A stretch of DNA of 64,000 bases. Origin: Vampirovibrio chlorellavorus (GTDB lineage Bacteria; Cyanobacteriota; Vampirovibrionia; Vampirovibrionales; Vampirovibrionaceae). Location of the stretch: assembly GCA_003149345.1 (NCBI GenBank), contig QFWI01000031.1, positions 224,325 through 288,324 on the forward strand. The letters are read 5' to 3'. Shown here piece by piece: positions 1 through 10,517 of the stretch (position 1 is the stretch's first letter; the number at the start of each line of letters is the position of its first letter). The notes below the pieces were generated by a model. It saw nothing but the letters and a program-made list of their open reading frames with translations, made no database searches and was not told where the DNA came from. The position numbers were made by a program, and so were the translations under genes.

Positions 1-690
1 CCAAACAAGATGGAAGCGTTGAAACTGAAGCTCTACAACACGGCCATGAGTCCCGTGCTGGCCAAGCAGGAGCGCATTTTCGCCATCCAGAACGCCCTGC
101 CCGGCAACCCCTCCGTGTACCTGCCGGATCTCTTCGCCCAGGGCGGCAGTGAGTTCACCAAAAATATTTACAGCCAAAACCGGGGCATCATCCGTGCGGA
201 TCGCCTGCAAGAAAACCCGAAGAGTGAATTTGGCCAATACTGGCAGCGGGTGGGTCAAATTTTCAATTCCCGTAACCAGTTGCCCGTGCTGACAGACGGC
301 ATTGTCTTGCCCGTAGAAACCAACGATGCGCATGGCATTTTGCCCATCATCCGAGACAACGGCAAGGATCAGGTCATTGTGCTGGTGGATACCGGCAAGC
401 CCAACGCCCCAAACGGCAAGGCTATCCCGGCGCTGGACACCAACGATAAAGCCAACCTCAATCGTTACAGCAACGTTCAGGGTGAATGGACTAAAACCAA
501 CCGCAAACTCAGCGCACCATTGCTGCTGAAGTCGGACCACCTCAAGCCGGGCACCACCTACACGGACTTTGAAACCAAAGAACGCTTCAAGCTGAATGCT
601 CAAGGCGAATTGGTGAAACTGGCCGCCAATGGAAGAACTGAAATCCCCAAATTTGAAATCAAGGCCAACCGCATTTTGGTTCGGGATTAA
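1..690 (+). CDS. 3' part of an alpha-amylase-family (GH13-like) glycoside hydrolase gene; 5' end outside the window
   Basis: The frame is open from base 1 to TAA 688-690 (track ORF 10..690). Tail motifs AIQNALPGNPSVYLPDLF and LPVLTDGIVLPVETNDAHGILPIIRDNGKDQVIVLVDTG resemble the region after the last catalytic block plus the C-terminal beta-domain of GH13 enzymes. A sugar symporter gene follows. The family call is from memory of motifs only. Confidence 0.45.
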   Translation, partial: PNKMEALKLKLYNTAMSPVLAKQERIFAIQNALPGNPSVYLPDLFAQGGSEFTKNIYSQNRGIIRADRLQENPKSEFGQYWQRVGQIFNSRNQLPVLTDGIVLPVETNDAHGILPIIRDNGKDQVIVLVDTGKPNAPNGKAIPALDTNDKANLNRYSNVQGEWTKTNRKLSAPLLLKSDHLKPGTTYTDFETKERFKLNAQGELVKLAANGRTEIPKFEIKANRILVRD

Positions 691-927
691 ATTCAGGCCT
701 ACTCCTCTGGAAAAATAAAGAAATATAAAGTTGTGTTTTACCCTTGAAAGCCCTCATTTTGTTTTATTTCGGCTAGGTGGTTTCGTGTACTGGTCAATTC
801 AGCGCTCGTATAGGACAATAAAAGGCGTCCGTTAGGGGTTTTCCTTGATAGCGCAAATGGACACACATTTCGTTCGCCTCCGTTTTCATTAAGACATGGC
901 ACCTGCCGTGAAGGAATTATCGTTGTT

Positions 928-2304
928 ATGCCGCCAGGAATTCTAAGTCCCACCGTTCAGGAAAAACGCAGTGTCGCAGATGTTAAGCCGCTCATCGATC
1001 CCGATGCCTGGAAGCAGAAAAATTTCTGGCAGTTACTGAATATCAGCGTGGGTTTTTTGGGCATTCAATTCGCCTGGGCCATCCAGAACGGGCAAATGGG
1101 CCCTTTATTGGAACGTCTAGGATCGGATCCGCAAATGCTGGGCCTGATTAATTGCGCGGGCCCAGTGACCGGCGTGTTGGTGCAACCCATCGTGGGCGCC
1201 CTCAGCGATCGTTGCGGACTGCCCATGGGCCGTCGTCGCCCGTTTTTACTACTGGGCGCTATTTTAACCGTGATCTCCCTGGTGCTGATGCCGAATGTGT
1301 CCGCACTGTGGATGGCAGCCGTTTTGCTGTGGGTGCTGGACGCCAGTATCAACATCACCCAGGGCCCCTACCGCTCCTTGGTGCCGGATGTGGTGCATCC
1401 CAGCCAGCAGGCCACCGCTTACTCCATGATGAGTTTTACCATCGGGCTGGGCTCGGTGGCCGCCTTTGTCATTGCCGCCCAGTTCCCCAACCTGCACGGA
1501 TTGTTCTACTTAGGGGCCGGGGCCATGTTGCTGGCCATGCTTTGGACCAGTCTGACCACCCCCGAGCAACCGTCGAACGGCATCCAGTACAGCTCCCCGG
1601 AAGCCAGTTCAGCCCCTCAGGATAACTTTCTGGTAGGCACCCTCAAATCCATCGCCAGTATGCCCAAAGAAGGACTCAAACTCTGCCTGGCCCACAGTAT
1701 GACCTGGTTTGGCCTGATGTGCCTGTTTACCTTCTTTTCCGTCTATGTCCCTCACCATATCTTCGGGGCCACCGATCCGCAAAGCGCCCGCTATGCCGAA
1801 GGCGTGCAGCTGGTGCAAATCGGCTACGCCATCCTGAACGGGGTGTGCTTTGTCTTTTCCATGTTCATTGGCAAACTCTGCGGGCTCAGTTCCAAAAAAG
1901 CGGTACACTCGCTGGGCTTGTTGTGCATGGCTGGCGGCTTTTTATCGATGTGGTTCATTCACGCCCCGTTGCAAATCATGATCGCCATGGGGCTGATTGG
2001 CATCGGCTGGGCCACCACCCTGTCCATTCCCTTCGCCCTGTTATCGGATCACCTGCCCAAGGGCAAGGAAGGGGTCATGATGGGCACTTTCAACATCTTT
2101 ATCGCCGCGCCAGGTGTTGTTAGCAACCTGCTGGTCGGTAAAATAGTCCACGATTACTTTAACGACAACGTGGCCGTGGCCTTAATTATCGGCGGCATCG
2201 CTATGATTGCGGCCACCCTGATGCTGCAAACCGTCAAAGAACGCAAAACGCTGGCCACAGTCGATCCGCACCCGCACCCCGAAGATGCCTTGCTGGGCAG
2301 CTGA
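928..2304 (+). CDS. GPH/MFS-type sugar:cation symporter (sucrose/SLC45-like)
   Basis: 458-aa ORF with about 12 hydrophobic segments. The loop motif GALSDRCGLPMGRRRPFLLLG is typical of sucrose/GPH transporters. It lies next to the glycoside hydrolase gene. Confidence 0.7.
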   Translation: MPPGILSPTVQEKRSVADVKPLIDPDAWKQKNFWQLLNISVGFLGIQFAWAIQNGQMGPLLERLGSDPQMLGLINCAGPVTGVLVQPIVGALSDRCGLPMGRRRPFLLLGAILTVISLVLMPNVSALWMAAVLLWVLDASINITQGPYRSLVPDVVHPSQQATAYSMMSFTIGLGSVAAFVIAAQFPNLHGLFYLGAGAMLLAMLWTSLTTPEQPSNGIQYSSPEASSAPQDNFLVGTLKSIASMPKEGLKLCLAHSMTWFGLMCLFTFFSVYVPHHIFGATDPQSARYAEGVQLVQIGYAILNGVCFVFSMFIGKLCGLSSKKAVHSLGLLCMAGGFLSMWFIHAPLQIMIAMGLIGIGWATTLSIPFALLSDHLPKGKEGVMMGTFNIFIAAPGVVSNLLVGKIVHDYFNDNVAVALIIGGIAMIAATLMLQTVKERKTLATVDPHPHPEDALLGS

Positions 2305-2487
2305 GATTCAAGAACCACCTTCAGAATCAATGGCTAAAAGCGTCTCGCGCTAGTCGCGAGAAATGCGTCCAGGAACACCGCCTGACGAACTGTAAATTCC
2401 CAGCCTTAAAAAGGCAGGCTTCCGCTCTGTGCTGTTTTATATTTATAATAATCCCCTCGTCCCCATAATCTGAGTACCCCCGATTCA

Positions 2488-4437
2488 ATGCTGCAACTGT
2501 CAGGCGTCACTAAAACCTTTGCCGGAGAAGCCCTGTTTGAGAATATCACCCTGCAAGTGCGGCCCGATAGCCGACTTGGGCTCGTCGGACGAAATGGCTG
2601 CGGGAAATCAACCCTGCTCAAACTCATGATGGGCATCTACCAGCCGGATGGCGGCAGCGTCAGCCATGGCTACGGTTGCCACGTCAACTATCTCTCCCAG
2701 GAGCCACAGCTGACCCCTGGCCTGACTTTATACGAGGAAATGAAGCAGGTTTACGCCGTGGTGGACACACTGCGGGCCGAGGAAACCCGCATTCTGGAGA
2801 GTCTGGAGCATTTGTCCGGCGATGAACAGGTAGAAGCCATCACTCGCCTTTGCGATGTGCAAGAGCAGGTCAGCCGATACGATTTAGACACATTAGATAG
2901 CCGCATCAGCCGGTTACTGCAAGACCTGGGCTTCAGCCAGACTGATTACGACCGCAAAACCGATGATTTCAGTGGCGGGTGGCGCATGCGCATCAACCTG
3001 GCCAAGGTTTTGTTAGAAGGGGCCGATATTTTGCTGCTGGACGAGCCCACCAACCACCTGGATTTAGAGTCCTGCGAATGGCTGGAGCAATTCCTCAAAG
3101 GCTATCCAGGAGGCATTGTGCTGGTTTCTCACGATCGCCGCTTTCTGAATGAAGTCTGTACCGAAATCGCCGAGGTGGAACTGGGCGGGGTCACCGTGTG
3201 GACAGGCAACTACAGCGATTTTCAACGCCAGAAAGCAGATTTAATCGAGCGCACCCAATCCGCCTACGACCGCCAGCAAAAAGAAATCGCCAAGCAAACC
3301 GCCTTTGTGGAACGATTCAAGGCCAGCGCCAACCGCAGCACCCAGGCCAAAAGCCGGGAGCGTCAACTGGCAAAACTGGAACGGGTGGAAACCATCCAGA
3401 CCGATCAAAGCCGCATGAGCGTGAAGTTTCCCCCGCCCCAACCCAGCGGGCGAGAGGTCATCAGCCTGCGGGATCTCAAAAAATCGTTTGGGGACAAGCA
3501 CCTCTTTAAAGGGCTGGAAGGCGACATTGAACGCAACCAGCGTATTTTTCTCCTGGGGGAAAATGGCTGCGGCAAGACCACCCTGTTTCGGCTGCTGCTG
3601 GGCCTGGAAGAACCCACCACCGGCACCATCGAGAAGGGCTACAACGTCAAGCTGGGCTATTTCTCCCAAAACCAGTTGGAAACCCTGGACGCCAAGAAAT
3701 CTCCCTTTGACACCCTGCACGAAACCGCCCCCCTGATGACCCACACGGAAGTGCGCAGCCTGCTGGCCCGCTTTTTGTTCAGCGGGGATGAGGTCTTCAA
3801 ACCCGTTGAAGTCCTCAGCGGTGGCGAAAAAAGCAAGCTGGCCATTGCCAAACTGATGCTGACCGGCCCCAACACCCTGCTGCTGGATGAACCGACCAAC
3901 CATATGGACATTCCAGCCAAGGAAGTGCTGGCCGAAGCCTTTAAAGAGTTTGAAGGCACCATTTTGTGCATCTCCCACGATCGGTTTTTCATTCAGGAGC
4001 TGGCCACCCATATTTGGGAAATCTATGAGGGCCATCTCATCCAGTACGCGGGCGATTACGACTATTACCTTTTCAAGCGGGACGAACTGCGGGCCAAAAC
4101 CTTGGAAGCCGCCGCCAGCAAAGCCGCTCGTGACTCCAAAAAAATCACCTCGGTGGCCATTGGCCCCAACCCCACCAGCAAGGGAAACTCGCTTAGCCCC
4201 CTGCAAGCTCGCAAGGAAATCGAAAAAAAGCTGACCCGGCAGGAAAAGGAAATTTTGCGCCTGGAAGAGGCCGTTGCCACTTTGGAGGCCCAATTGTCTG
4301 ATCCGGCCATTCAGCAGGATTTTCAGAAACTGCAAGCCCTCAGTGAGTCTCTGGAAAGCCAAAAAACAACGCTGGAAACCGCCAACGCGGAATGGGAAAA
4401 GCTCACCGCCGACCTGTTGGCTCATCCTTCGCCGTAA
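2488..4437 (+). CDS. ABC-F family ATPase (two ABC domains, no membrane domain, C-terminal coiled coil)
   Basis: Walker A motifs GRNGCGKST and GENGCGKTT, signature motifs FSGGWRMR and LSGGEKSK, and Walker B LLLDEPTNHLD/LLLDEPTNHMD. No TM segments. The tail is Glu/Lys/Leu-rich. Confidence 0.9.
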   Translation: MLQLSGVTKTFAGEALFENITLQVRPDSRLGLVGRNGCGKSTLLKLMMGIYQPDGGSVSHGYGCHVNYLSQEPQLTPGLTLYEEMKQVYAVVDTLRAEETRILESLEHLSGDEQVEAITRLCDVQEQVSRYDLDTLDSRISRLLQDLGFSQTDYDRKTDDFSGGWRMRINLAKVLLEGADILLLDEPTNHLDLESCEWLEQFLKGYPGGIVLVSHDRRFLNEVCTEIAEVELGGVTVWTGNYSDFQRQKADLIERTQSAYDRQQKEIAKQTAFVERFKASANRSTQAKSRERQLAKLERVETIQTDQSRMSVKFPPPQPSGREVISLRDLKKSFGDKHLFKGLEGDIERNQRIFLLGENGCGKTTLFRLLLGLEEPTTGTIEKGYNVKLGYFSQNQLETLDAKKSPFDTLHETAPLMTHTEVRSLLARFLFSGDEVFKPVEVLSGGEKSKLAIAKLMLTGPNTLLLDEPTNHMDIPAKEVLAEAFKEFEGTILCISHDRFFIQELATHIWEIYEGHLIQYAGDYDYYLFKRDELRAKTLEAAASKAARDSKKITSVAIGPNPTSKGNSLSPLQARKEIEKKLTRQEKEILRLEEAVATLEAQLSDPAIQQDFQKLQALSESLESQKTTLETANAEWEKLTADLLAHPSP

Positions 4438-4458
4438 CGGTCTGAATCCGCCCCACAA

Positions 4459-4487
4459 TTGACACCCACACCGGCTCGGGTCAAAAT
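4459..4487 (+). promoter_or_regulatory. possible sigma70-type promoter for typA
   Basis: TTGACA (4459-4464), a 17-nt spacer, then CAAAAT (4482-4487), about 80 nt upstream of the typA ATG. Confidence 0.3.
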
Positions 4488-4564
4488 AAATCTTTAACAA
4501 AAAAGTAACCCCCATTGTTTAACACAAATCCCACACTCACACTTGTCACCGACACAGGACTACT

Positions 4565-6415
4565 ATGACTTCTGAAACCGCCACTTCCGAACCCGCAACC
4601 GCAGCACAGGTTTTAAACAATCGTATCCGTAACATCGCCATCATCGCCCACGTTGATCACGGCAAAACCACGCTGGTAGACAGCATGATTCGCCAGAGCG
4701 GCATTTTACGGGATAACGAGCAACTGGCCGAACGGGCCATGGATAGCCACGATCTGGAAAAAGAGCGGGGCATCACCATTTTGGCCAAGAATACGGCCAT
4801 CCCCTACGGCGATTACAAGGTCAACATCCTGGACACCCCCGGTCACGCCGATTTTTCCGGTGAGGTGGAGCGTGTTTTGACCATGGTGGACGGGGCCCTC
4901 TTGATTGTGGACGCCGTGGAAGGCCCCATGCCCCAAACCCGCTTTGTGCTGCGTAAGGCCCTGGAACTAGGCTTGACCATCGTATTGGTCATCAACAAGG
5001 TGGATCGGGCAGCTTCTGACCCGGCTCGGGCCATTGATAAAGTGGTGGATCTGTTTATTGAGCTTGGCGCTGACGAGCATCAGCTGGATTTCCCGGTGGT
5101 ATACGCCAGTGGCTTGGCCGGAACCTCCGCCCTGACCATGGATGAACCGCTGGAAGCGGGCAAGCACGATCTGAAGCCCTTGATGGAAACCATCATCCAC
5201 CGCATCCAGTCCCCGCCCGGCGACAAGGAGGCCAGCCTGCAATTACAGGTTTCCACACTGGATTACAACGACTACCTGGGCCGCATTGTCATTGGCCGTA
5301 TTAAGCGGGGTCAAATCAAAACCGGTCAGACCGTCTCTCTCTATCAACGAGACGGCAAATTGAGCCAGCACCGGGTTTCCAAGCTGTTTGGCTTCCAAGG
5401 GCTGAAGCGGATTGAGATCGATCAGGCCGAAGCCGGGGATATTGTGGCTGTGGCCGGTATCCCGGAAGTACAAATCGGGGAAACCCTGACTGATCCGAAC
5501 AACCCGGAAGCGTTGCCGCTGATCAGCATTGAAGAACCGACCCTGAAGATGACCTTCTCGGTCAATAACAGCCCTTTGGCCGGTCGGGAAGGCAAATTTG
5601 TCACCTCTCGCCAGTTGAAAGACCGCTTGTGGAAAGAAGTGAAAAGCAATATCAGCTTGCGGGTAGAAGAAGGGTCTACCACCGATAGCTTTGTGGTCAG
5701 TGGCCGGGGCGAATTGCACCTGAGCATCCTGATTGAGACCATGCGTCGGGAAGGATACGAATTCCAGGTGTCCAAGCCGGAAGTACTGACCAAAACCGTG
5801 GATGGTCAACTGCAAGAGCCCTTTGAAGACCTCATTTTTGACGTGCCCGATGAAATGACCGGCAGTTGCATTGAAAAACTCTGCCAGCGCAAGGGCGAAT
5901 TGCGCCACATGGAAAACTCCGGCGGGCGCACCGTGGTGGAATTCAAAATACCCTCCCGGGGCTTGCTGGGCTTCCGCAGTGAGTTCATCCGCATGACCAA
6001 AGGTCAGGGTATGATGACCCACGCCTTTAGCGAATTTCGTCCCTGGGTGGGAGAAATTGGCAGCACCCGCAACGGGGTACTGGTAGCCAGTGAACCGGGT
6101 GAAACCACCGCTTACGCCCTGAAAGGGGTGGAAGATCGGGGTGTGTTCTTCGTCAAGCCCCGTCAAACCGTCTACAAAGGGATGATTGTGGGTGAGAACA
6201 ACCGCCCCCAAGACCTGGTACTGAACGTGTGCCGCACCAAAAAGCTGACCAACATGCGCTCCGCCGGGGCCGATGTGCTGGAAGTGCTGCAAACGCCGGT
6301 GGAAGTGACCTTGGAGTTTGGCCTGGATTACATCGAAAACGATGAACTGATGGAAGTCACTCCGCAGAACATTCGTTTGCGCAAGGAAAATCTGGATTTC
6401 AAGCGCTCCACATAA
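4565..6415 (+). CDS. typA: translational GTPase TypA/BipA
   Basis: 616 aa. N-terminus [19 protein letters not shown], then DTPGHADF and NKVD G-motifs. The EF-G-like domain order and C-terminal region are typical of BipA. Confidence 0.95.
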   Translation: MTSETATSEPATAAQVLNNRIRNIAIIAHVDHGKTTLVDSMIRQSGILRDNEQLAERAMDSHDLEKERGITILAKNTAIPYGDYKVNILDTPGHADFSGEVERVLTMVDGALLIVDAVEGPMPQTRFVLRKALELGLTIVLVINKVDRAASDPARAIDKVVDLFIELGADEHQLDFPVVYASGLAGTSALTMDEPLEAGKHDLKPLMETIIHRIQSPPGDKEASLQLQVSTLDYNDYLGRIVIGRIKRGQIKTGQTVSLYQRDGKLSQHRVSKLFGFQGLKRIEIDQAEAGDIVAVAGIPEVQIGETLTDPNNPEALPLISIEEPTLKMTFSVNNSPLAGREGKFVTSRQLKDRLWKEVKSNISLRVEEGSTTDSFVVSGRGELHLSILIETMRREGYEFQVSKPEVLTKTVDGQLQEPFEDLIFDVPDEMTGSCIEKLCQRKGELRHMENSGGRTVVEFKIPSRGLLGFRSEFIRMTKGQGMMTHAFSEFRPWVGEIGSTRNGVLVASEPGETTAYALKGVEDRGVFFVKPRQTVYKGMIVGENNRPQDLVLNVCRTKKLTNMRSAGADVLEVLQTPVEVTLEFGLDYIENDELMEVTPQNIRLRKENLDFKRST

Positions 6416-6434
6416 CAAAAAACGATTGAAAACT

Positions 6435-6476
6435 GAAACCCCGCTCTCATTGTGAAAGCGGGGTTTCAAGCGTTTT
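6435..6476. terminator. bidirectional intrinsic terminator between typA and the convergent minus-strand gene
   Basis: 11-bp stem gaaaccccgct / agcggggtttc (6435-6445 / 6457-6467). It is followed by TTTT on the plus strand and by a T-rich run on the minus strand. Confidence 0.6.
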
Positions 6477-6514
6477 AGCCGATCTGCCGTTACGGTGCTT
6501 TACACTGCGTTCGC

Positions 6515-7228
6515 CTAGGGATGGGCAGCTCGCCACAATTGCAGAAACTCCCCCGTGGCCCGTCCTCCCACCAGAGCCACCAGCTGAGGCTGCACCAGCT
6601 CAGTATTCACGCCCGATTCCAAATCTTCCAGCACATGCAGCACTTGATGATTAATGACCTGCTGGCGGGCTTTAATCTGCTTTTTATAACGGTGTTCCAG
6701 ATACACATGCGTGCCAATACTCAGCAAAGTAACCCCGCTGCCCACCACGCCCATGATAGAGGCCCCTTTACTTTCACGGTGGCCGCCGCCATGCTCGTCC
6801 TCAACACCACTTTCAGCCCGATTCAGGGTCGCCAATCCCGTGACGCTTTGGGCCAATCCCAAGCCACTCACTCCCGCAATACTGGCCAAAAACAGGGTAT
6901 TGGACGTGCCCATCTTTTTAACCAGATGCTTCAATTCAGCGTCCCGACGGTAGGCCATAGACAATAACAGGTTCCCCCACAGGCTGTCGGTGACCTCCGC
7001 TTCGGGATCGCCAACTTCGTTCGAATTTAGCAACTGCCCCACCCCTGCGCTGGATCCCTCATGATGGGCCAATACGCGCTCATTCGCTTCAAGGGTAACA
7101 ACCGCCCCCGATTCTTCCCCTACCGGTTCCGCCCCGGCCAAACCGGCACACACCGGCAGCGTCCAGAATCCGACAATGATAGCCAAGGCCACTATCCGCC
7201 GCCCCCAACCCAATCCAAAATGCATCAT
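6515..7228 (-). CDS. hypothetical exported/membrane protein, last gene of the RND efflux operon
   Basis: 237-aa ORF with a hydrophobic N-terminal segment (IVALAIIVGFWTLPVCAGLAG) and two Gly/Ala-rich hydrophobic segments. Same strand as the RND pump gene, 131 bp downstream. I recognise no family. Confidence 0.6.
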   Translation of the reverse strand: MMHFGLGWGRRIVALAIIVGFWTLPVCAGLAGAEPVGEESGAVVTLEANERVLAHHEGSSAGVGQLLNSNEVGDPEAEVTDSLWGNLLLSMAYRRDAELKHLVKKMGTSNTLFLASIAGVSGLGLAQSVTGLATLNRAESGVEDEHGGGHRESKGASIMGVVGSGVTLLSIGTHVYLEHRYKKQIKARQQVINHQVLHVLEDLESGVNTELVQPQLVALVGGRATGEFLQLWRAAHP

Positions 7229-7359
7229 GAATCATTTTCCTTCCAGCCCAAAATGCCTAATTCCGAAATCCATCATAATGCAACAATGATGAAATTACAA
7301 AATAGAATTGCAAGGCAACAGGAAATCAAAGTGAAAAAGCAGCGGCTGTGGTCTTGTAA

Positions 7360-10300
7360 TTAGCGACTGGCCGCTTTGCGCAACTGGCGGGTTTTGACCA
7401 AATCGTACATCAGGGGAACCACATACAGGGTCAGGAAGGTGGCCAGCAACATACCGCCCACAATGACCGCGCCCAAGGGCTTTCGACCATCCACACCCGC
7501 CCCCAGGCCAACAGCGATGGGAATGGCCCCAAAAATCGTGGCCACCGAGGTCATGACAATGGGACGGAAGCGAATACGAGAGGCCTCAATGACCGCTTCC
7601 CGAGGAGACTTGTGCGGCTCCCGCTCCAGAATCTGGTTGGCAAATTCCACAATCAGAATCCCGTTCTTGGTGACCAAGCCCACCAGCAACACCAGGCCAA
7701 TCTGGCTGTAGACGTTGAGGTTGTACTTCACCGGCACCCAATCGGCAAACATGGGCAGCGCTTTCAGGAGCATGGGCCCATAAGACAGCACAAACAGGGT
7801 CAGCACCGCCCCAGCCACGGCCAAGGGCACTGTCAGCATCACGATCAACGGATCGCTGAAACTCTCAAACTGGGCGGCCAGTACCAAAAACACAACCAGC
7901 ACCGCCAGGCCAAAGGCAAAGAAGGTGGCCGAGTTGGCGTCGAAAAACTCCTTGGCCTCCCCTTTCCAGGCAATGCGCATCCCCGGGGTGATTTCCTCTT
8001 GCGTAATGCGGCGCAGTTTTTCCAGTTCGCCGCCCAAGCTAACCCCAGGAATGGGAATGAGGGATGCGCTGATGGTGGCGGCCCGCATGCGGTTGTAATG
8101 GTTCAACTCCTTGGGGGCCACGGCCTCCGAGTACTCCAGCACATTGGACAAGGGCACCAGCATGCCATCCCGGCCAGCCACATAAATGTTGGCCAGTTGA
8201 TCCGGCGTGGCCCGCAGTTCCGGCAGGGCCTGCACCATCACGTCGTAACGCTTGCCGTTGTACTGAAAGGTTGATAAATCCAGACCACCCAGCATAATCT
8301 GCATGGTGCGGGCGGTATCCCGAACAGACACACCCAACAGCGAGGCCTTTTCCCGATTGATACGCACTTCCAGCTGAGGTTTGTTCAGCTTCAGGTCAGT
8401 ATCCACGTTGACCATAAAAGGCACTTCCTTGGCCAAACGCCCGATAATCTTGTTGATCACCCCGTCCAGCTCCTTAATGTCGCCATTGGTCTGTACGGCC
8501 ATCTCAATGGGCTTCCCAAAGGATTGCACCGGGCTGGATGGTGGGCTAATGGGGAACACAAAGGCCTCGGGAATACTGAGCAACTGGGGCATGACCATGT
8601 TCACAATGGTGTCCTGCTTCAGCTTACGCTCTTCCTGGGATTGCAAATCCACGAACATAATCCCGCTGTTCACCTGACCGGGCCCTGTGGCGGCCAAGGC
8701 AATGACCGAGAACAGATTTTCCACGCCGGGCATCTTCATATAGACCTGTTCCGCCTTGCGCACGGCCTTGTCCGTGTAGTCAAGGGTGGAGCCTTCCGGG
8801 GAGCTGACAAACGTCAGAATCGAGCCCCGATCCTCAGTGGGCAGGAACTCCCGGGGAATCAGGTTGTACAGCGCCCCACACACCACCACCAAAATAGTGA
8901 CGGCGGCAAACACCAGCCACTTCAAATTCATCACCTTGCGCAGGGTCGCTTCAAACAGGTTGGCACACCCTTCCACAAAGGCATAAAAGACATCCAGAAG
9001 CCCTTGAACCGGGTTCCAGCCACGCTTTCCCTGAGTATGCTCTGCTTTCAGCATGCGGGCGCACAACATGGGGGTTAAGGACAGGGACACAAAGCCTGAG
9101 ATCATGACCGAACCGGCCACGACCACGGCGAATTCTTTCAAAATACGGCCCAGCACCCCACCCAGAAAGATAATGGGCAGGAACACGGCCACCAACACGG
9201 CCGTGGTAGCGATAATGGCGAAGCCGATTTCCTCAGTGCCTTTGACGGCAGCCTCCATGGGCTTTTCCCCGTCCTCAATGCGGCGATAAATGTTCTCCAG
9301 CACCACGATGGTGTCATCCACTACCAAGCCAATGGTCAGCGTCAGGCCCAAAAGCGTAATGGTGTTGATGGTGTAGCCCAGAAAATACATGATGGTGAAG
9401 GTGGCCACCAAGGAAATAGGAATGGAAATGGAGGGGATAAAAGTAGCCTTGAGATTCCGCAGGAAAAAGAAGATGACCAGCACCACCAGCCCGAAAGCCA
9501 CAAACAGGGATTCCACCACTTCATCAATGGAGCGCTGAATAAAGATAGAACTATCAAACGCCGCTTCCATGCTCAAGCCGGGAGGCAAGGTCTTGCGGAT
9601 TTCCTGCACCTTGGCCTTGACCGCACGGGCCACATCCAGGGTGTTGGCCTTGGACTGCTTGACGATCCCCAGACCCACCGCCGGTTGTCCATTGAAACGC
9701 ACCAGAGACCGCTCATCCTTGGCCCCGATGGCGGCATGGCCAATGTCCGAGAGGTAAACCGGCAAGCCGTTCACCCGCTTGATAATGAGGCGGTTAAACT
9801 GCTCAGGGGTTTTCAACTCCCCCTGGGTACGCACGGTAAATTCCCGATTGGTGCTTTCAATGCGCCCCGAGGGAATATCCACGTTGTCGGCCCGCAGCGC
9901 TCTCTCCACATCCAGGGCCGAGATCTGCCGCGCGGACATCTTGAGGGGATCCAGCCACAGGCGCATGGCGTATTCGCGCTCTCCGCCGATGATGACCGAA
10001 CCCACCCCGTCCACGGTCTGCAACTGGTCGGTGATGAAACGATCGGCATAATCAGTAATCTGAAGCGGGGAATATCCTTTACCATACAAACTGAACCACA
10101 TAATGGCGCTGGCGTCGGTATCCTGCTTGGAGATAATGGGCTCCTCGATATCATCGGGCAATTGCCCACGGGCCCGGGACACCCGATCCCGAACGTCCTG
10201 TGCGGCCACGTTCACGTCCCGCTCCAGCTCGAACTCCACAATAATGTTGCTGATGCCTTCGCGACTGACGGAGTTCAGGCTGCGAATGCCCTCAATGCCA

Positions 10301-10515
10301 ATCAGCTCGTCTTCCAATCGCTCGGTAATGGTGCTTTCCATAATCTCGGCGCTGGCGCCCGGATAGACCGTGGCCACAGAGATAATGGGCGGATCGATGT
10401 CGGGATACTCCCGAACGGAAAGAAAGGAAAGGCTGACCAGTCCAAACAGAATCATCAGGACAGAAACCACGGTCGCCAGCACCGGACGCCGGATGGAAAT
10501 GTTAGAGATCCACAT
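7360..10515 (-). CDS. RND (AcrB/HAE1-type) efflux pump, inner-membrane component
   Basis: 1051 aa with the 12-TM, two-large-periplasmic-loop architecture. The N-terminus ISIRRPVLATVVSVLMILFG is typical of the AcrB family. Confidence 0.92.
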   Translation of the reverse strand: MWISNISIRRPVLATVVSVLMILFGLVSLSFLSVREYPDIDPPIISVATVYPGASAEIMESTITERLEDELIGIEGIRSLNSVSREGISNIIVEFELERDVNVAAQDVRDRVSRARGQLPDDIEEPIISKQDTDASAIMWFSLYGKGYSPLQITDYADRFITDQLQTVDGVGSVIIGGEREYAMRLWLDPLKMSARQISALDVERALRADNVDIPSGRIESTNREFTVRTQGELKTPEQFNRLIIKRVNGLPVYLSDIGHAAIGAKDERSLVRFNGQPAVGLGIVKQSKANTLDVARAVKAKVQEIRKTLPPGLSMEAAFDSSIFIQRSIDEVVESLFVAFGLVVLVIFFFLRNLKATFIPSISIPISLVATFTIMYFLGYTINTITLLGLTLTIGLVVDDTIVVLENIYRRIEDGEKPMEAAVKGTEEIGFAIIATTAVLVAVFLPIIFLGGVLGRILKEFAVVVAGSVMISGFVSLSLTPMLCARMLKAEHTQGKRGWNPVQGLLDVFYAFVEGCANLFEATLRKVMNLKWLVFAAVTILVVVCGALYNLIPREFLPTEDRGSILTFVSSPEGSTLDYTDKAVRKAEQVYMKMPGVENLFSVIALAATGPGQVNSGIMFVDLQSQEERKLKQDTIVNMVMPQLLSIPEAFVFPISPPSSPVQSFGKPIEMAVQTNGDIKELDGVINKIIGRLAKEVPFMVNVDTDLKLNKPQLEVRINREKASLLGVSVRDTARTMQIMLGGLDLSTFQYNGKRYDVMVQALPELRATPDQLANIYVAGRDGMLVPLSNVLEYSEAVAPKELNHYNRMRAATISASLIPIPGVSLGGELEKLRRITQEEITPGMRIAWKGEAKEFFDANSATFFAFGLAVLVVFLVLAAQFESFSDPLIVMLTVPLAVAGAVLTLFVLSYGPMLLKALPMFADWVPVKYNLNVYSQIGLVLLVGLVTKNGILIVEFANQILEREPHKSPREAVIEASRIRFRPIVMTSVATIFGAIPIAVGLGAGVDGRKPLGAVIVGGMLLATFLTLYVVPLMYDLVKTRQLRKAASR

Positions 10516-10517
10516 GG

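Noticed and set aside
3241-4515. Very long antisense ORFs opposite real genes: 3241..4515, 5243..6469, 9685..10776, 15908..17053, 28341..29303, 45380..46651, 47683..48777, 57164..58006 and 58034..58915.
   Set aside because: Each lies entirely opposite a gene with unmistakable conserved motifs (ABC-F, TypA, AcrB, GyrB, LigA, MurE, FtsI, AtpA). Their translations are low-complexity Gly/His/Gln/Val-rich strings with no motifs. Stop-poor antisense frames are expected in GC-biased, codon-biased DNA.
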